Assembly: GCA_947450325.1 (NCBI GenBank)
Contig: CANFUT010000008.1
Coordinates: 30,211-94,210, forward strand
DNA from: Flavobacteriia bacterium
Lineage (GTDB): Bacteria > Bacteroidota > Bacteroidia > Flavobacteriales_D > Crocinitomicaceae
Reading direction: 5' to 3'
Length of the DNA: 64,000 bases
Position numbers and translations under genes: made by a program. The stretch's first letter is position 1. Every line of letters begins with the position of its first letter. Shown piece after piece: positions 1 to 10,856 of this stretch. The notes under the pieces are model-generated. The model worked only from the letters and a program-made list of their open reading frames with translations, was not told the DNA's origin and searched no databases.

Positions 1-29
1 CTTAATTTCGCGCATGTCTTTTTAGGCAT

Positions 30-3000
30 TTGCAAATCGAAAATATGGAAAAAGTAGAACCTTATAAGCCAATAAATAAAGTTAGAATTGTTACTGCAGC
101 GTCACTTTTTGATGGTCACGATGCAGCAATCAATATCATGCGTAGAATTATTCAAGCGACTGGTTGTGAAGTGATTCATTTAGGACATGACCGTTCTGTA
201 GAAGAAGTGGTTGATTGTGCGATTCAAGAAGATGCACAAGCGATTGCGATGACTTCCTATCAAGGCGGTCATACTGAGTACTTCAAGTACATGTATGATT
301 TATTGCGCGAAAAAGGAGCGCCGCACATCAAAATTTTTGGTGGTGGAGGTGGAACAATTCTTCCTGTAGAAATCGAAGAATTAGAAGCTTACGGAATTAC
401 ACGTTTGTATCACCCAGACCATGGACGTGCGATGGGATTGCAAGGAATGATCAATGACATGATTCAACGTTGTGATTTTCCGGTTGGAACAGGTTTGACG
501 AATGAAGTAAGTTTACTTGCTGACAAAAATGTTCCAGCGATTGCAAGAGTTATTTCAGCTGCGGAAAATTATCCTGCTGAATCTCAGAAATTATTGGAAG
601 AAGTTCACGCCATTGCAGAAAAGAATGATGTTCCTGTTTTAGGGATTACTGGAACTGGTGGAGCGGGAAAATCTTCATTGGTGGATGAATTGGTTCGCAG
701 ATTTTTGGTTGATTTTCCAACAAAAGAAATTGCAGTTGTTTCCGTAGATCCATCGAAAAGAAAAACGGGCGGTGCCTTATTGGGAGATAGAATCAGAATG
801 AATTCCATCAAAAGTGACCGTGTTTATATGCGTTCATTGGCAACAAGACAGTCGAATTTGGCTTTGTCGAAACACGTTGCTGAAGCGATTTTAGTATTGA
901 AAGCTGCAAATTACGATTTGATTATTTTGGAAACTTCTGGAATTGGTCAATCGGATACAGAAATTTTAGATCATTCAGATGTTTCTTTGTATGTGATGAC
1001 GCCAGAATATGGTGCTGCAACGCAATTAGAGAAAATTGATATGTTGGATTTTGCAGATGTGATTGCATTGAATAAATTCGACAAAAGAGGTGCGTTGGAT
1101 GCATTGAGAGATGTTAGAAAACAATACCAAAGAAACCACAATTTGTGGGACGAATCGGTTGATTCTATGCCTGTTCATGGAACGATTGCTTCTCAGTTCA
1201 ACGATCCAGGAATGAATTCTTTGTACAAAGTAATCATTGATAAAGTCAAAGAAAGAACTGGCGCAAAATTGGATTCTTCTTTCGAAATCACGAAAGAAAT
1301 GTCTGAGAAAATTTACGTAATTCCACCAGAAAGAACGAGATATTTATCCGAAATTTCAGAAAACAACCGTGCTTACGACAAATGGGTAAACCAACAAGCT
1401 GAAGTTGCGGAGAAATTATATGGATTGACTAAATCAATCGAAACATTGCAAGATTCCTCGATTGATGACAAAGACAGATTGATTAAAGGTTTACAAGAAT
1501 CGCTTGAAAAAGTAAAATTGGATTTTGACCCAAAAAACTGGGCGATTTTAGAGAATTGGGAAGCTAAAAAATCGACATATAAAAATCCAGTTTTCGAGTT
1601 TAAAGTAAGAGATAAGGTTCTTAAATTAGATACGCATACAGAATCACTTTCACATTCTCAAATCCCAAAAGTGGTGCTTCCAAAATACCAATCTTGGGGA
1701 GATATTTTGAGATGGAATTTACAAGAAAATGTTCCTGGTGAATTTCCTTACACTGCAGGATTGTTTCCTTTCAAAAGAGAAGGGGAAGATCCAACAAGAA
1801 TGTTTGCCGGAGAAGGTGGACCGGAGAGAACGAACAAACGTTTTCACTATGTAAGTTTGGGAATGCCTGCAAAACGTTTGTCAACAGCTTTTGATTCTGT
1901 GACTTTATATGGAAATGATCCAGATTTACGTCCAGATATTTATGGAAAAATCGGAAATTCAGGCGTTTCTATTTGCTGTTTAGATGATGCGAAAAAATTG
2001 TATTCAGGTTTCGATTTGAGTCATGCAATGACTTCGGTTTCAATGACAATAAACGGTCCAGCGCCGATGTTGTTGGGATTCTTTATGAACGCAGCCATTG
2101 ACCAAAATTGTGAAAAATACATCAAAGCAAATGGTTTAGAAGCTGAAATTGAAGCGAAAATCAAAGCCATTTACGACGCTAAAGGAACACCTCGTCCGCA
2201 ATATCAAGGCGAATTGCCTCAAGGAAATGACGGACTTGGTTTGATGTTGCTTGGAGTGACTGGAGACCAAGTTTTGCCAGCTGATGTGTACGAAAAAATC
2301 AAAGCAGAAACTTTGATGCAAGTTCGTGGAACTGTGCAAGCAGATATTTTGAAAGAAGATCAAGCACAAAACACTTGTATTTTCTCAACTGAATTTGCGC
2401 TGCGTTTGATGGGTGACGTACAACAATATTTTATTGACAAAGGAGTAAGAAATTTCTATTCAGTATCGATTTCAGGTTACCACATTGCAGAAGCGGGAGC
2501 AAATCCAATCACGCAATTGGCATTTACCTTAGCGAATGGTTTCACGTATGTTGAGTATTACTTGAGTCGTGGAATGAGCATCAATGATTTTGGACCGAAT
2601 TTATCGTTCTTTTTCTCCAACGGAATTGATCCTGAATATGCGGTGATTGGTCGCGTTGCTCGTAAGATTTGGGCGAAAGCAATGGCTAAGAAATACGGCG
2701 CTAATTCTCGTGCACAAATGTTGAAATACCACATTCAAACTTCTGGTAGATCATTGCATGCGCAGGAAATTGATTTCAATGATATTCGTACAACTTTGCA
2801 AGCTTTGTATGCGATTTATGACAATTGTAATTCATTGCACACGAATGCTTATGACGAAGCAATTACAACACCAACTGAAGAATCAGTGAGAAGAGCGATG
2901 GCGATTCAATTGATTATCAATAGAGAATTGGGATTGGCGAAAAACGAAAATCCATTGCAAGGTTCATTCATCATAGATGAATTGACTGAATTGGTGGAAG

Positions 3001-3425
3001 AAGCTGTATTGTTAGAATTTGACCGAATCACTGAGCGAGGTGGCGTACTTGGTGCGATGGAAACGATGTATCAACGTTCTAAAATTCAAGAAGAATCATT
3101 GTATTATGAAACTTTGAAACATACAGGTGAATTTCCAATTATTGGGGTGAACACTTTCTTGAGCTCTAAAGGTTCTCCTACAGTTGAGCCGAAAGAAGTG
3201 ATTCGCGCAACTGAAGAAGAAAAACAATACCAAATTTCAATGTTGTCTGCGTTGCAAAGTGGAAACAAAGATTTGACTTTGAGCAATATTGAAAAAGTGC
3301 AAGAAGCAGCTGTTCAAAATAAAAACATGTTTGAGCAATTGATGGAAACTTGTAAAACGGCTTCATTGGGTCAGATTACACAGGCTTTGTTTGAGGTCGG
3401 TGGACAGTATCGTCGAAATATGTAG
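30..3425 (+). CDS. icmF: fused isobutyryl-CoA mutase (B12-binding domain + MeaB-like GTPase + acyl-CoA mutase barrel)
   Basis: 1131-aa ORF with an N-terminal cobalamin-binding '[12 protein letters not shown]'. The centre has a P-loop '[12 protein letters not shown]' and NKxD 'ALNKFD' (MeaB/ArgK-type G protein), followed by a C-terminal mutase barrel. The track start is TTG; the ATG at 45 is more likely. Confidence 0.9.
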   Translation: MQIENMEKVEPYKPINKVRIVTAASLFDGHDAAINIMRRIIQATGCEVIHLGHDRSVEEVVDCAIQEDAQAIAMTSYQGGHTEYFKYMYDLLREKGAPHIKIFGGGGGTILPVEIEELEAYGITRLYHPDHGRAMGLQGMINDMIQRCDFPVGTGLTNEVSLLADKNVPAIARVISAAENYPAESQKLLEEVHAIAEKNDVPVLGITGTGGAGKSSLVDELVRRFLVDFPTKEIAVVSVDPSKRKTGGALLGDRIRMNSIKSDRVYMRSLATRQSNLALSKHVAEAILVLKAANYDLIILETSGIGQSDTEILDHSDVSLYVMTPEYGAATQLEKIDMLDFADVIALNKFDKRGALDALRDVRKQYQRNHNLWDESVDSMPVHGTIASQFNDPGMNSLYKVIIDKVKERTGAKLDSSFEITKEMSEKIYVIPPERTRYLSEISENNRAYDKWVNQQAEVAEKLYGLTKSIETLQDSSIDDKDRLIKGLQESLEKVKLDFDPKNWAILENWEAKKSTYKNPVFEFKVRDKVLKLDTHTESLSHSQIPKVVLPKYQSWGDILRWNLQENVPGEFPYTAGLFPFKREGEDPTRMFAGEGGPERTNKRFHYVSLGMPAKRLSTAFDSVTLYGNDPDLRPDIYGKIGNSGVSICCLDDAKKLYSGFDLSHAMTSVSMTINGPAPMLLGFFMNAAIDQNCEKYIKANGLEAEIEAKIKAIYDAKGTPRPQYQGELPQGNDGLGLMLLGVTGDQVLPADVYEKIKAETLMQVRGTVQADILKEDQAQNTCIFSTEFALRLMGDVQQYFIDKGVRNFYSVSISGYHIAEAGANPITQLAFTLANGFTYVEYYLSRGMSINDFGPNLSFFFSNGIDPEYAVIGRVARKIWAKAMAKKYGANSRAQMLKYHIQTSGRSLHAQEIDFNDIRTTLQALYAIYDNCNSLHTNAYDEAITTPTEESVRRAMAIQLIINRELGLAKNENPLQGSFIIDELTELVEEAVLLEFDRITERGGVLGAMETMYQRSKIQEESLYYETLKHTGEFPIIGVNTFLSSKGSPTVEPKEVIRATEEEKQYQISMLSALQSGNKDLTLSNIEKVQEAAVQNKNMFEQLMETCKTASLGQITQALFEVGGQYRRNM

Positions 3426-3528
3426 AAAATTGAATTTGGATGAATCTATAAATACTTAAATGTATGTTTTACAATGTTTTAGCATTCATCTAAATTCATC
3501 CAAATTTAATCAAATTCACCTTTGGTTA

Positions 3529-3543
3529 ACTAAATGTTGACTA
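3529..3543 (+). repeat. putative attL core (ACTAAATGTTGACTA)
   Basis: Exact 15-mer repeated at 19215-19229; positions were read directly from the sequence. Confidence 0.7.
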
Positions 3544-3588
3544 GAATACTTTTTTTGTTTACATTTGACTTGTTTATAAAACAATAAT

Positions 3589-4818
3589 ATGGCAACAATA
3601 AAGTACTTACTTCAAAGTGATAAGGAAAACTCAAATATATATCTTCGATACTCAGTTGGAAGAGCTTCTGTTTGGAAAAGGAAGACAGGTTTTGTTATTA
3701 ACTCAAAAAATTGGAGTGTAGACAAAGCTCAACCAATACAAAAAACAGATGAATTAAAAGCTTTAAAATTTAAGTTAGACAAGTTAGCTATTTTTATAAA
3801 TGAGGCTTATAATAAAGCAATTAGCACAGGCGATGAAATTGATGGTGATTGGTTACAATACCAGATAGATTTATTTAATAATAAAATCGTTGTTGTTGAC
3901 CTAGATGTATTAACTAATGCTATTGATTATTACATTGCTAAAGGCGACAAATTAACAAGCGGTTCAATTAAAAATTTAGAGAACTTTAAAATATTTTTCA
4001 TTAATTATGAAAAAGATTGTTTGAGAGGTAAGTCAATTTTGATTCGAAATATCAATTTGAATTTTATTGATACTTTTAAAAGTCATTTTTTGCAAAAAGG
4101 TTATTCGCCTAATTATATTGGTACTTATTTATCTTTACTAATATCAGTAGTAAATAAAACATCATTAAGCGGAATTCCTACACATCCAGAGTTCAGTCAA
4201 ATTAAAGCTATAAAAAAAACAAAAGAACCAGATGAAATAATCATTCTAACCGAAGAAGAACAATTATTAATTAAAAATACAGAATTAACACGTGAAGCTT
4301 TAATTAATGCAAGAAAGTGGTTGTTATTAGGTTGTTTGATTGGGCAGAGAGCTGGTGATTTGCTGAACTTAACCGAGAATAATATTAAAGAATATAAGGG
4401 TGTTAAAGTAATTGAGTTAAAACAAAAAAAAACTGGAAAGTTAATGTCGATTGGTTTGTTTCCAGATGCAGTTGAAATTATTGAAAGTGGGTTTCCTTAT
4501 AAAATTAATTTAGAGCATTTTAATAAATATTGTAAAGAGATTTGTAAAGAGGCTAAAATTAATACTTTGGTAAAAGGTAAAATGCGAATTAACAATACCA
4601 GAATCTTGACCCCTGGTGTTTATGAGAAGTGGCAAGTTATAAGTTCTCATGTTTGTAGGCGTTCATTTGCTACTAATTTTTATTCTAAAATACCAACACC
4701 TTTTTTAATGAGTGCCACAGGACACAGTACAGAAGAAATGTTTCTACGATATATAGGTAAAGCTTCTAATGAGAATGCTTTTCAAATGATTGATTACTTT
4801 AATAAGATAAATAATTAA
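3589..4818 (+). CDS. tyrosine site-specific integrase (Bacteroidota phage-integrase type)
   Basis: 409 aa with C-terminal catalytic signature 'GQRAGDL' (Arg), 'HVCRRSFATN' (HxxR) and 'GHSTEEMFLRYI' (His..Tyr). The N-terminal half is typical of arm/SAM-like DNA-binding domains. Confidence 0.9.
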   Translation: MATIKYLLQSDKENSNIYLRYSVGRASVWKRKTGFVINSKNWSVDKAQPIQKTDELKALKFKLDKLAIFINEAYNKAISTGDEIDGDWLQYQIDLFNNKIVVVDLDVLTNAIDYYIAKGDKLTSGSIKNLENFKIFFINYEKDCLRGKSILIRNINLNFIDTFKSHFLQKGYSPNYIGTYLSLLISVVNKTSLSGIPTHPEFSQIKAIKKTKEPDEIIILTEEEQLLIKNTELTREALINARKWLLLGCLIGQRAGDLLNLTENNIKEYKGVKVIELKQKKTGKLMSIGLFPDAVEIIESGFPYKINLEHFNKYCKEICKEAKINTLVKGKMRINNTRILTPGVYEKWQVISSHVCRRSFATNFYSKIPTPFLMSATGHSTEEMFLRYIGKASNENAFQMIDYFNKINN

Positions 4819-4824
4819 AAACTT

Positions 4825-5544
4825 ATGACCGAATTTGAATTGTTTGATTTTTTTGAGAATTACGAGCATCAACCTCCTTTTTTAACTACAAAAAAAATCT
4901 ATGAGCTAACTAATAATCTCGATTTACATTTGTTAGTTGCTTTGCGTAAAGACTTTAGAAGGTACTATTTGAAAAAAGCCTTACAACTTGTAAAAGATTT
5001 TGAATCTGGTGTTCCAGGAGAGTACAATTATAAATATAATATGGGAGTTAATTTAATTCAAATATATAATAACAATAGGATTGATAAAATTAATATCACG
5101 AACGATACTCTTGATAATATTGTTTGGTCACTTTCTGAGAAAGATTTTGATTTAGCCGAAATTATCTTTGAAGGAATGGCTGATTTTCTATTTGAGATTG
5201 ATGAATTGATTAGATATAAAGAAAGCGGTTTTACTAAACTATCAATAGAAGCAGAAGACGAACTAATTGATTATAGTGAAAGTAATTATTCTTCTAAAAT
5301 AATCTTTTTAGAAAAATTAGGTGTAATCAAATTTCTTAAAGAAAAAACTCCGTTTAACACTTCAACAAACAGTTTAGCTAACGCTCTAAGCGGCGTTACA
5401 GGGGTAAATCCTTCAACCTTACAACCAATGTTGAACGCTATGTTAAGTGATGGTGTATCAATAAAAAACAATCCTTTAAAATCAAAAAAAACTGTAAATA
5501 TTGTATTAACTAAGTTGGCAAATATTGGATTCAAAATAGACTAA
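4825..5544 (+). CDS. hypothetical protein (island-encoded)
   Basis: 239-aa ORF starting 7 bp after the integrase stop on the same strand. No motif recognised. Confidence 0.5.
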   Translation: MTEFELFDFFENYEHQPPFLTTKKIYELTNNLDLHLLVALRKDFRRYYLKKALQLVKDFESGVPGEYNYKYNMGVNLIQIYNNNRIDKINITNDTLDNIVWSLSEKDFDLAEIIFEGMADFLFEIDELIRYKESGFTKLSIEAEDELIDYSESNYSSKIIFLEKLGVIKFLKEKTPFNTSTNSLANALSGVTGVNPSTLQPMLNAMLSDGVSIKNNPLKSKKTVNIVLTKLANIGFKID

Positions 5545-5706
5545 ATTTTATATATATTTCCATTAATGAATAATATCTCAACATTCATTTTAGCCATAAT
5601 TCGTTCCTTTTATTGTTGGGTCAACCTATTTGGGTCGAGGACCAGAAAAATATGTTTTGTTTTTCTAACTGATGCGTGATTGCGATTCGAGTCTTTTTCA
5701 TGTCAA

Positions 5707-6009
5707 TTAGTTTAAACAAAATTCATAGTCAATCCCTAACATGTTTTTCTTCTTGTGGAAGTGGAGCATCAGATAAATGCTTCCGTTCTCGACCATAAAT
5801 TTGAAATACAGAACGTTACTTATGTATTTACCGAAAACTTTTCCAAGTTTACTTTGGTCGACTAGAATGTTTTCGGGTAATCGAAATTCAATCAACGTTT
5901 CAACGGGTGACGTTCCAGTAAGTGTCATATCACTGTACACTTCAAAGTGATGACATTTGTACCGCCTTGCAAGTTCCATATAGATTCTTGATAAGTTTAC
6001 TCCGAACAT
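5707..6009 (-). CDS. hypothetical small protein downstream of the serine recombinase
   Basis: 100-aa ORF overlapping the recombinase stop by 13 nt (possible coupling). No motif recognised. Confidence 0.3.
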   Translation of the reverse strand: MFGVNLSRIYMELARRYKCHHFEVYSDMTLTGTSPVETLIEFRLPENILVDQSKLGKVFGKYISNVLYFKFMVENGSIYLMLHFHKKKNMLGIDYEFCLN

Positions 6010-6743
6010 ACAATTACTTTTTTTCTGATTTTTGCTACGGTTGCTAATGAAACATCATAAAGCTTAACACATTCTCTGACACTAAATCCTTTCTTCAACC
6101 CTTCGACCACTTTTGGGTATTTGGAAATGAAAATAGCTTCTTCTTCCTTGCTATTCTTTGGTCTACCACAGTGGATATTTTTCGCTTTGGCTTGATTCAT
6201 ACCAGACCGAATCCTCTCAATTAGGTTTCTGCGCTCGTTCTTTGCGAAAAGGCTAAGCATGTGGAGCATCATTTCTGTTTGGAAGCTGATTTCGCCTTGT
6301 TCATTCAACGTTTCTGTGTTAAGGTCTTGGAGGTAAATGCTGATACCTTGTTGATGTAGCTCTTCAACTAGCTTTAATGTTTGAATCGTGGAGCGACCTA
6401 AACGAGATACCTCAGAACACAGTACTTTTTTGAACTTTCCATCCTTTGCCTCAGCAAGAAGTTGTTGAACTCCTAATCTTTCGTGATTGTCTTTTGCGCC
6501 CGAAATTTTTTCTGAGATAACGCTAACAACTTCATAGTTGAATTTATCGGCAACTTTTTTGAGGTCGGATATCTGTCGATTGAAGTCCTGTTCATCCGAA
6601 CTTACTCTGGCAAAAATAGCCACTGGAATTTTTCTCATACTGTTATAAAAAAAGGGTTTAACAATATCGAGGTCATTTTGCTGGGATTGAACCACCTTTT
6701 TTGTCCTCTTTGCTGTTATGCCAAAAGGTTTTCCTTTTTTCAT
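5997..6743 (-). CDS. serine recombinase (resolvase/invertase family)
   Basis: 'VAIFARVSSDEQDFNRQISDL' contains the catalytic Ser motif, with 'SRLGRS' and a C-terminal HTH 'SVRECVKLYDVSLATVAKI'. The probable true start is the internal ATG at 6638 (MRKIPVAIFARVSS). Confidence 0.85.
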   Translation of the reverse strand: MKKGKPFGITAKRTKKVVQSQQNDLDIVKPFFYNSMRKIPVAIFARVSSDEQDFNRQISDLKKVADKFNYEVVSVISEKISGAKDNHERLGVQQLLAEAKDGKFKKVLCSEVSRLGRSTIQTLKLVEELHQQGISIYLQDLNTETLNEQGEISFQTEMMLHMLSLFAKNERRNLIERIRSGMNQAKAKNIHCGRPKNSKEEEAIFISKYPKVVEGLKKGFSVRECVKLYDVSLATVAKIRKKVIVCSE

Positions 6744-6760
6744 AACAACTTTGTAAAGAT

Positions 6761-6807
6761 TCCAGGTATTTTTGGATTACGCAAGAAATCGGACTAAAAT
6801 CCTGGAT
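6761..6807. promoter_or_regulatory. imperfect palindrome upstream of the serine recombinase (possible res/operator site)
   Basis: TCCAGGTATTTT (6761-6772) faces AAAATCCTGGA (6797-6807). The arms match 11/12 with a 24-nt spacer. Confidence 0.3.
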
Positions 6808-6856
6808 TTCAATTAAATAAAATATTTTAACCCGATATTTATCTATAAAACGAACT

Positions 6857-7258
6857 ATGAAAAAACAAACAATAAAATTGGATTGTGGTCACGAAGTTGA
6901 AGTAATCGCAATTGACATTAGAAGAACTTACGGTGAAATTTTGGTTGGGTCACCGTGCTTTGAGGATAACTTTCATGTATATGAAAATCTGAAAGCACCA
7001 GAGTATTGGGGAAAGCGTAAAACCGTGATGAATCAAGAGAGTTTTAACTTAGATTTGAAACACTTCAAGAAATACACCGTTTATCTTTGGCTTTCTTCAA
7101 GCAAAAGTATTGATGACCCGTTTCAAAAATTCGATGGTTCTGAATTGGTAGTTGTTTGGGCAATAGATGACCTGTTCTCATTTTCAATCAATTCACTAAT
7201 TGAAGAAGGCATCAAAGATTTTGATTGGGAAAGCTATGCTATTAATTTAGAATTATAA
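6857..7258 (+). CDS. hypothetical protein
   Basis: 133-aa ORF divergent from the recombinase. No motif recognised. Confidence 0.45.
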   Translation: MKKQTIKLDCGHEVEVIAIDIRRTYGEILVGSPCFEDNFHVYENLKAPEYWGKRKTVMNQESFNLDLKHFKKYTVYLWLSSSKSIDDPFQKFDGSELVVVWAIDDLFSFSINSLIEEGIKDFDWESYAINLEL

Positions 7259-7272
7259 ATGATTTATTGGTC

Positions 7273-7455
7273 TCATTTTTCTATTAATTTCTCATTAATA
7301 TCATAACTTTCAATTATTGAGTTTTTTAATTTCAGATTTTCATTTATTTTGACATTGTTATTTGGTAAACTATTGTTATTACCGTTGCTTTGTTTATTAC
7401 TAGAAATTAATGCAATTATATAAAAAGAAAAAATATTAGACTTAGTAGTATTCAT
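7273..7455 (-). CDS. possible small membrane protein (60 aa), translationally coupled to the upstream MORN gene
   Basis: Its ATG overlaps the MORN-gene stop (TAATG). It has one hydrophobic segment 'IFSFYIIALISS' and a low-complexity Asn-rich tail, so it may be spurious. Confidence 0.3.
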   Translation of the reverse strand: MNTTKSNIFSFYIIALISSNKQSNGNNNSLPNNNVKINENLKLKNSIIESYDINEKLIEK

Positions 7456-9095
7456 TATTTGAAAAATAAGTCATTAGCAAACTTCCCCTCTGTATTTAGT
7501 TTATCTACTATAATTTGAGGATAAAAAGAATAATCTTCACCATAACTGACTATTCCACCTACAGATATAATAATGTTATTGTTTGCATCTAAATTAATTG
7601 TTTGAACCATTGCATTTTTTTTAGCAATTACTTTACTACAGCAGATTTTTTGCGTCAATTTGTCTACAACAATAATTTTGGGGTTTGGAAATCCTTTATA
7701 ACCAGAATTCTTTGTAAAACCTCCTATTATAATGAAATTTTCAAATTCGTTAATGTGTTTGATTTCAATGTCATTTAATGTTATTGACCAAGATTTTTCA
7801 ATATTTTTATTGTAAAAATCCAATGTAATTTCATCATTTACTTTGTAATAGTTTGCAAATTCATTTGAATATGGCAAATAAAAATACCCTCCAGAAAAGA
7901 TTTCTTCATTTATTATTCTATTTTTTTCCAAATATTTACCTCGATTAAAAAACGAATTAGATTTAATTTTTGTAGAATAATCTAATTTGTTAATAATTAT
8001 TGGCAAAACAAATTCTCCATTTACAGCTCTCAAAAAAACGTATATGTAGTTATCATTTTGGATTATATTTGAAATAGAATAAAAATTCGTTTCGTATGAT
8101 GCTCCATTTTTGTTTCCCTTATATTTTAAACATATTCCTTGGGTAGCATTGATTCCTAGATTTATAAATGACGATGAAATTTTTGTTAGGTCAATTTTTC
8201 GATATTTAATTGCACTTTTATACTCACATATAAATAAATAGGTTTTATTATCATAAGTAGATTCTGCAAGAAACCCAGCGATACCATTTCCTAATTTTAC
8301 AACTCCAGTTTGAAAAGTCTCAATTTCACCATTATTTGATTTTAGCTCAAACTTATCTAGAATTTTATCTTGTGTAAAAGTTGGAATATCCGTACCATTT
8401 TCTAAATGAATTTCATTTAATTCAACATATCCATTTTTTTGGGAAGAGAAATAGACAGAATTTAATTTGCTTGAATTACAATCATAAATATTTATTTCTT
8501 GTGAATTGTAATAAAACTTAGAATCATTTAATGGCGTTTTTAATTTTCTTTCTCCGTACAGGTCACTTATTTTGTTTTCAAATCTGTTAATACTAATTAA
8601 ATGATTTCCATAACTATCCATAAAACCATCTGTGGGAACACCAAACATAATTGATAATATACTTTTATCATTTGAAATAGTACTTCTAAATGATTTCAAA
8701 TTATATCTATATTCTTTCTGAATTGGGTCTGCATATAAAATAATATTATAATTCGCTCCATCAATTTTTGTATAATCTAATGTTTTAGTCGTCACAGGAA
8801 TTTCCTTATCACCAGAAAAATATTTAAAACTTACACAGACATTATTTTCCCATTTTCCTATTCTATAATCTCCATTAGCATAATAATATGTTGCGTCTCC
8901 ATCAAACTTATCAAGTTTCCAATTTCCAGAATATCTATCGCCATTATTGAAATAGTAATTTCCAAATCCATTTCTATAACCGTTTAATAAATTACCAATG
9001 TATTTATCACCATTCATATATTTAATAGTGTCTTGAGAATAACATGAAAAATTTATTAAAAGAACTGTATAAATTGTAAAAAATATTTTTTTCAT
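7455..9095 (-). CDS. secreted MORN-repeat protein with large uncharacterised C-terminal domain
   Basis: Signal-like N-terminus 'MKKIFFTIYTVLLINFSCYS'. Tandem MORN units follow: 'YMNGDKYIGNLLNGYRNGFGNYYFNNGDRYSGNWKLDKFDGDATYYYANGDYRIGKW'. Confidence 0.75.
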   Translation of the reverse strand: MKKIFFTIYTVLLINFSCYSQDTIKYMNGDKYIGNLLNGYRNGFGNYYFNNGDRYSGNWKLDKFDGDATYYYANGDYRIGKWENNVCVSFKYFSGDKEIPVTTKTLDYTKIDGANYNIILYADPIQKEYRYNLKSFRSTISNDKSILSIMFGVPTDGFMDSYGNHLISINRFENKISDLYGERKLKTPLNDSKFYYNSQEINIYDCNSSKLNSVYFSSQKNGYVELNEIHLENGTDIPTFTQDKILDKFELKSNNGEIETFQTGVVKLGNGIAGFLAESTYDNKTYLFICEYKSAIKYRKIDLTKISSSFINLGINATQGICLKYKGNKNGASYETNFYSISNIIQNDNYIYVFLRAVNGEFVLPIIINKLDYSTKIKSNSFFNRGKYLEKNRIINEEIFSGGYFYLPYSNEFANYYKVNDEITLDFYNKNIEKSWSITLNDIEIKHINEFENFIIIGGFTKNSGYKGFPNPKIIVVDKLTQKICCSKVIAKKNAMVQTINLDANNNIIISVGGIVSYGEDYSFYPQIIVDKLNTEGKFANDLFFK

Positions 9096-9191
9096 ATAAA
9101 CTGATTAACTTTCCTTACCCTTGTATTTCCAAGGGAATAATTTTTGTTGAGACTTATTATTGATTTTTCAATCCTTATTTGGTGTAAACAT

Positions 9192-10262
9192 TTAATTTGG
9201 AATATAATATCCTTTCCCAATCAATGTTATTATTGATTTTTTTGGCACTTTAAAAACAAGGTCAATTTGACTTCCTTTTTTTAAGGTTAAATACTTGTTA
9301 TCATCTAATAATAATTCGGTATTATTTTTTGTTTTTATGGGTTTAATTATTTTATTATTACATTCTAAGGCTAAATAGTTAATGTAACTAACTTCCTTTT
9401 TTTCTTCTTTGATTCGAACAATTAATTCTTCTGATTTAGAAATCCCTATATTTAGCTTTTGTGTCTCTTCTGATTTTTTACCAATTAAATTTCTAATTAT
9501 TTCACCTTTATATATAAATCTGTTTCCATTTTTTACATAAACAAAAGGACATGCGGCTATTATTTCCGACTCTTGACCTATAGATATTTCAATGTTCTCG
9601 ATAAAAAACTTGTTTAATCGATATTTGCCAATTGTTTCTGGATTTCTATTGTGAATTATATCAAACTCTTTATCACGAAAATTTATTACCCCACCACTAT
9701 AACCAGAACTTGTGATTTGTGTTTGGGTAATTAAATTTCTACCAAAATTTCTATAAATTAAATGTATTGCTGAAGGGTCTTCTACAGCTTTTTCATATTG
9801 TGTAACTAATAATTCTTTTAAAGAATCTGATTTGTCAATATCTATGATTTTAAATGAGACTTTATAGTTAGAATCATTTGAAATAGACCGATTCAATATA
9901 ATATCCTCTGATAAATCATTAATAAATACTCTAGCCAAATATGCCCCGTAAGATTCTTCATCATTTTCTTTTTTTTGAAAGAAATTTTCATCTAACACAA
10001 CAACTTTAATTTTTTCATTTATTCCGTCACCATTTAAATCTTCGTTATTAGATTGCCATATTATTTGAGTTGAATCAACTCCTTTTCTGTAGCTCTTTAT
10101 TAAAAATTCACTATTATCATCACGTTCTTTTAATAATTCACTTTCATCGTACTGAAAATCACTTTCAGAAATATCATTTTTGCACGAGCAAACTGTCACT
10201 ATAATAAAAAATAGCAACATAAAATTCATTTTATTATCGTTTAACAAATTCATATTTAACAA
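9192..10262 (-). CDS. hypothetical lipoprotein
   Basis: Lipobox-like 'MNFMLLFFIIVTVCSC' (likely start at 10229) and a 'DLNGDGINEKI' calcium/FG-GAP-like motif. It lies in the same operon direction as its neighbours. Confidence 0.6.
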   Translation of the reverse strand: MLNMNLLNDNKMNFMLLFFIIVTVCSCKNDISESDFQYDESELLKERDDNSEFLIKSYRKGVDSTQIIWQSNNEDLNGDGINEKIKVVVLDENFFQKKENDEESYGAYLARVFINDLSEDIILNRSISNDSNYKVSFKIIDIDKSDSLKELLVTQYEKAVEDPSAIHLIYRNFGRNLITQTQITSSGYSGGVINFRDKEFDIIHNRNPETIGKYRLNKFFIENIEISIGQESEIIAACPFVYVKNGNRFIYKGEIIRNLIGKKSEETQKLNIGISKSEELIVRIKEEKKEVSYINYLALECNNKIIKPIKTKNNTELLLDDNKYLTLKKGSQIDLVFKVPKKSIITLIGKGYYIPN

Positions 10263-10264
10263 AA

Positions 10265-10774
10265 TTAATAGATTACAATAGGCTCAGTGTTCCTATATGA
10301 AGTGTCAAAACCTTTTGACCAACTTTCTTTCAGAATTGTAACTCTTCCTTTGTTTTGAATGACGTAATAAATATTTATTTTAATTTCTTCTTCACCTCTG
10401 TTATTAACTATTTTGCTTTCAATAACAGCTTTTTTTAAGATAATTTCACCTCTATATTCTGGTGTAGGAAAGCTTTTAACCTCCTTATTATTTGAAATAT
10501 CAACATATAAATCATCTACAAAGTTTTGACCAGCCATATCTGTAGATTCACAATTAAAAACATCAATAATTGTTTTTTCATTCTTCTTGTTCTCGTAAAG
10601 AACATAGCACTCTCCATTTCCAAAGTCAGAAGAATTCACATTGTATTTTGTAATAAATGAAATTTGATTGTCAGTAGTCTGATTTAACTTGTCATCAGCT
10701 TTTTTGTTATTGCACCCAGTTGTCAATAATGTGATTAATAGAAAAAAGAAAAAGTTTAATTTAGGAAATAGCAT
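10265..10774 (-). CDS. hypothetical lipoprotein
   Basis: 'FFFFLLITLLTTGCNNKK' lipoprotein signal. The gap to the next gene is 2 bp. Confidence 0.6.
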   Translation of the reverse strand: MLFPKLNFFFFLLITLLTTGCNNKKADDKLNQTTDNQISFITKYNVNSSDFGNGECYVLYENKKNEKTIIDVFNCESTDMAGQNFVDDLYVDISNNKEVKSFPTPEYRGEIILKKAVIESKIVNNRGEEEIKINIYYVIQNKGRVTILKESWSKGFDTSYRNTEPIVIY

Positions 10775-10856
10775 ATTTGAATCTTTTAAAGAAACAAAAG
10801 TATTAATCTAACTAGAAGCAAATTCCATCAATTAGTTAACGTATGGATTTCGTAAT

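Noticed and set aside
3426-3588. A tRNA or tmRNA gene as the integration target at the island's left end.
   Set aside because: No cloverleaf or T-loop (GGTTCGAnnCC-like) sequence is visible. The region contains only a 13-bp inverted repeat, AATTTGGATGAAT (3433-3445) with ATTCATCCAAATT (3494-3506). That repeat is probably an icmF 3' structure or an att-flanking site.
5600-5700. A possible tRNA fragment, suggested by GCGATTCGAGTC resembling a T-arm.
   Set aside because: The flanking bases do not form acceptor or T stems, so no tRNA-like fold could be built by eye.
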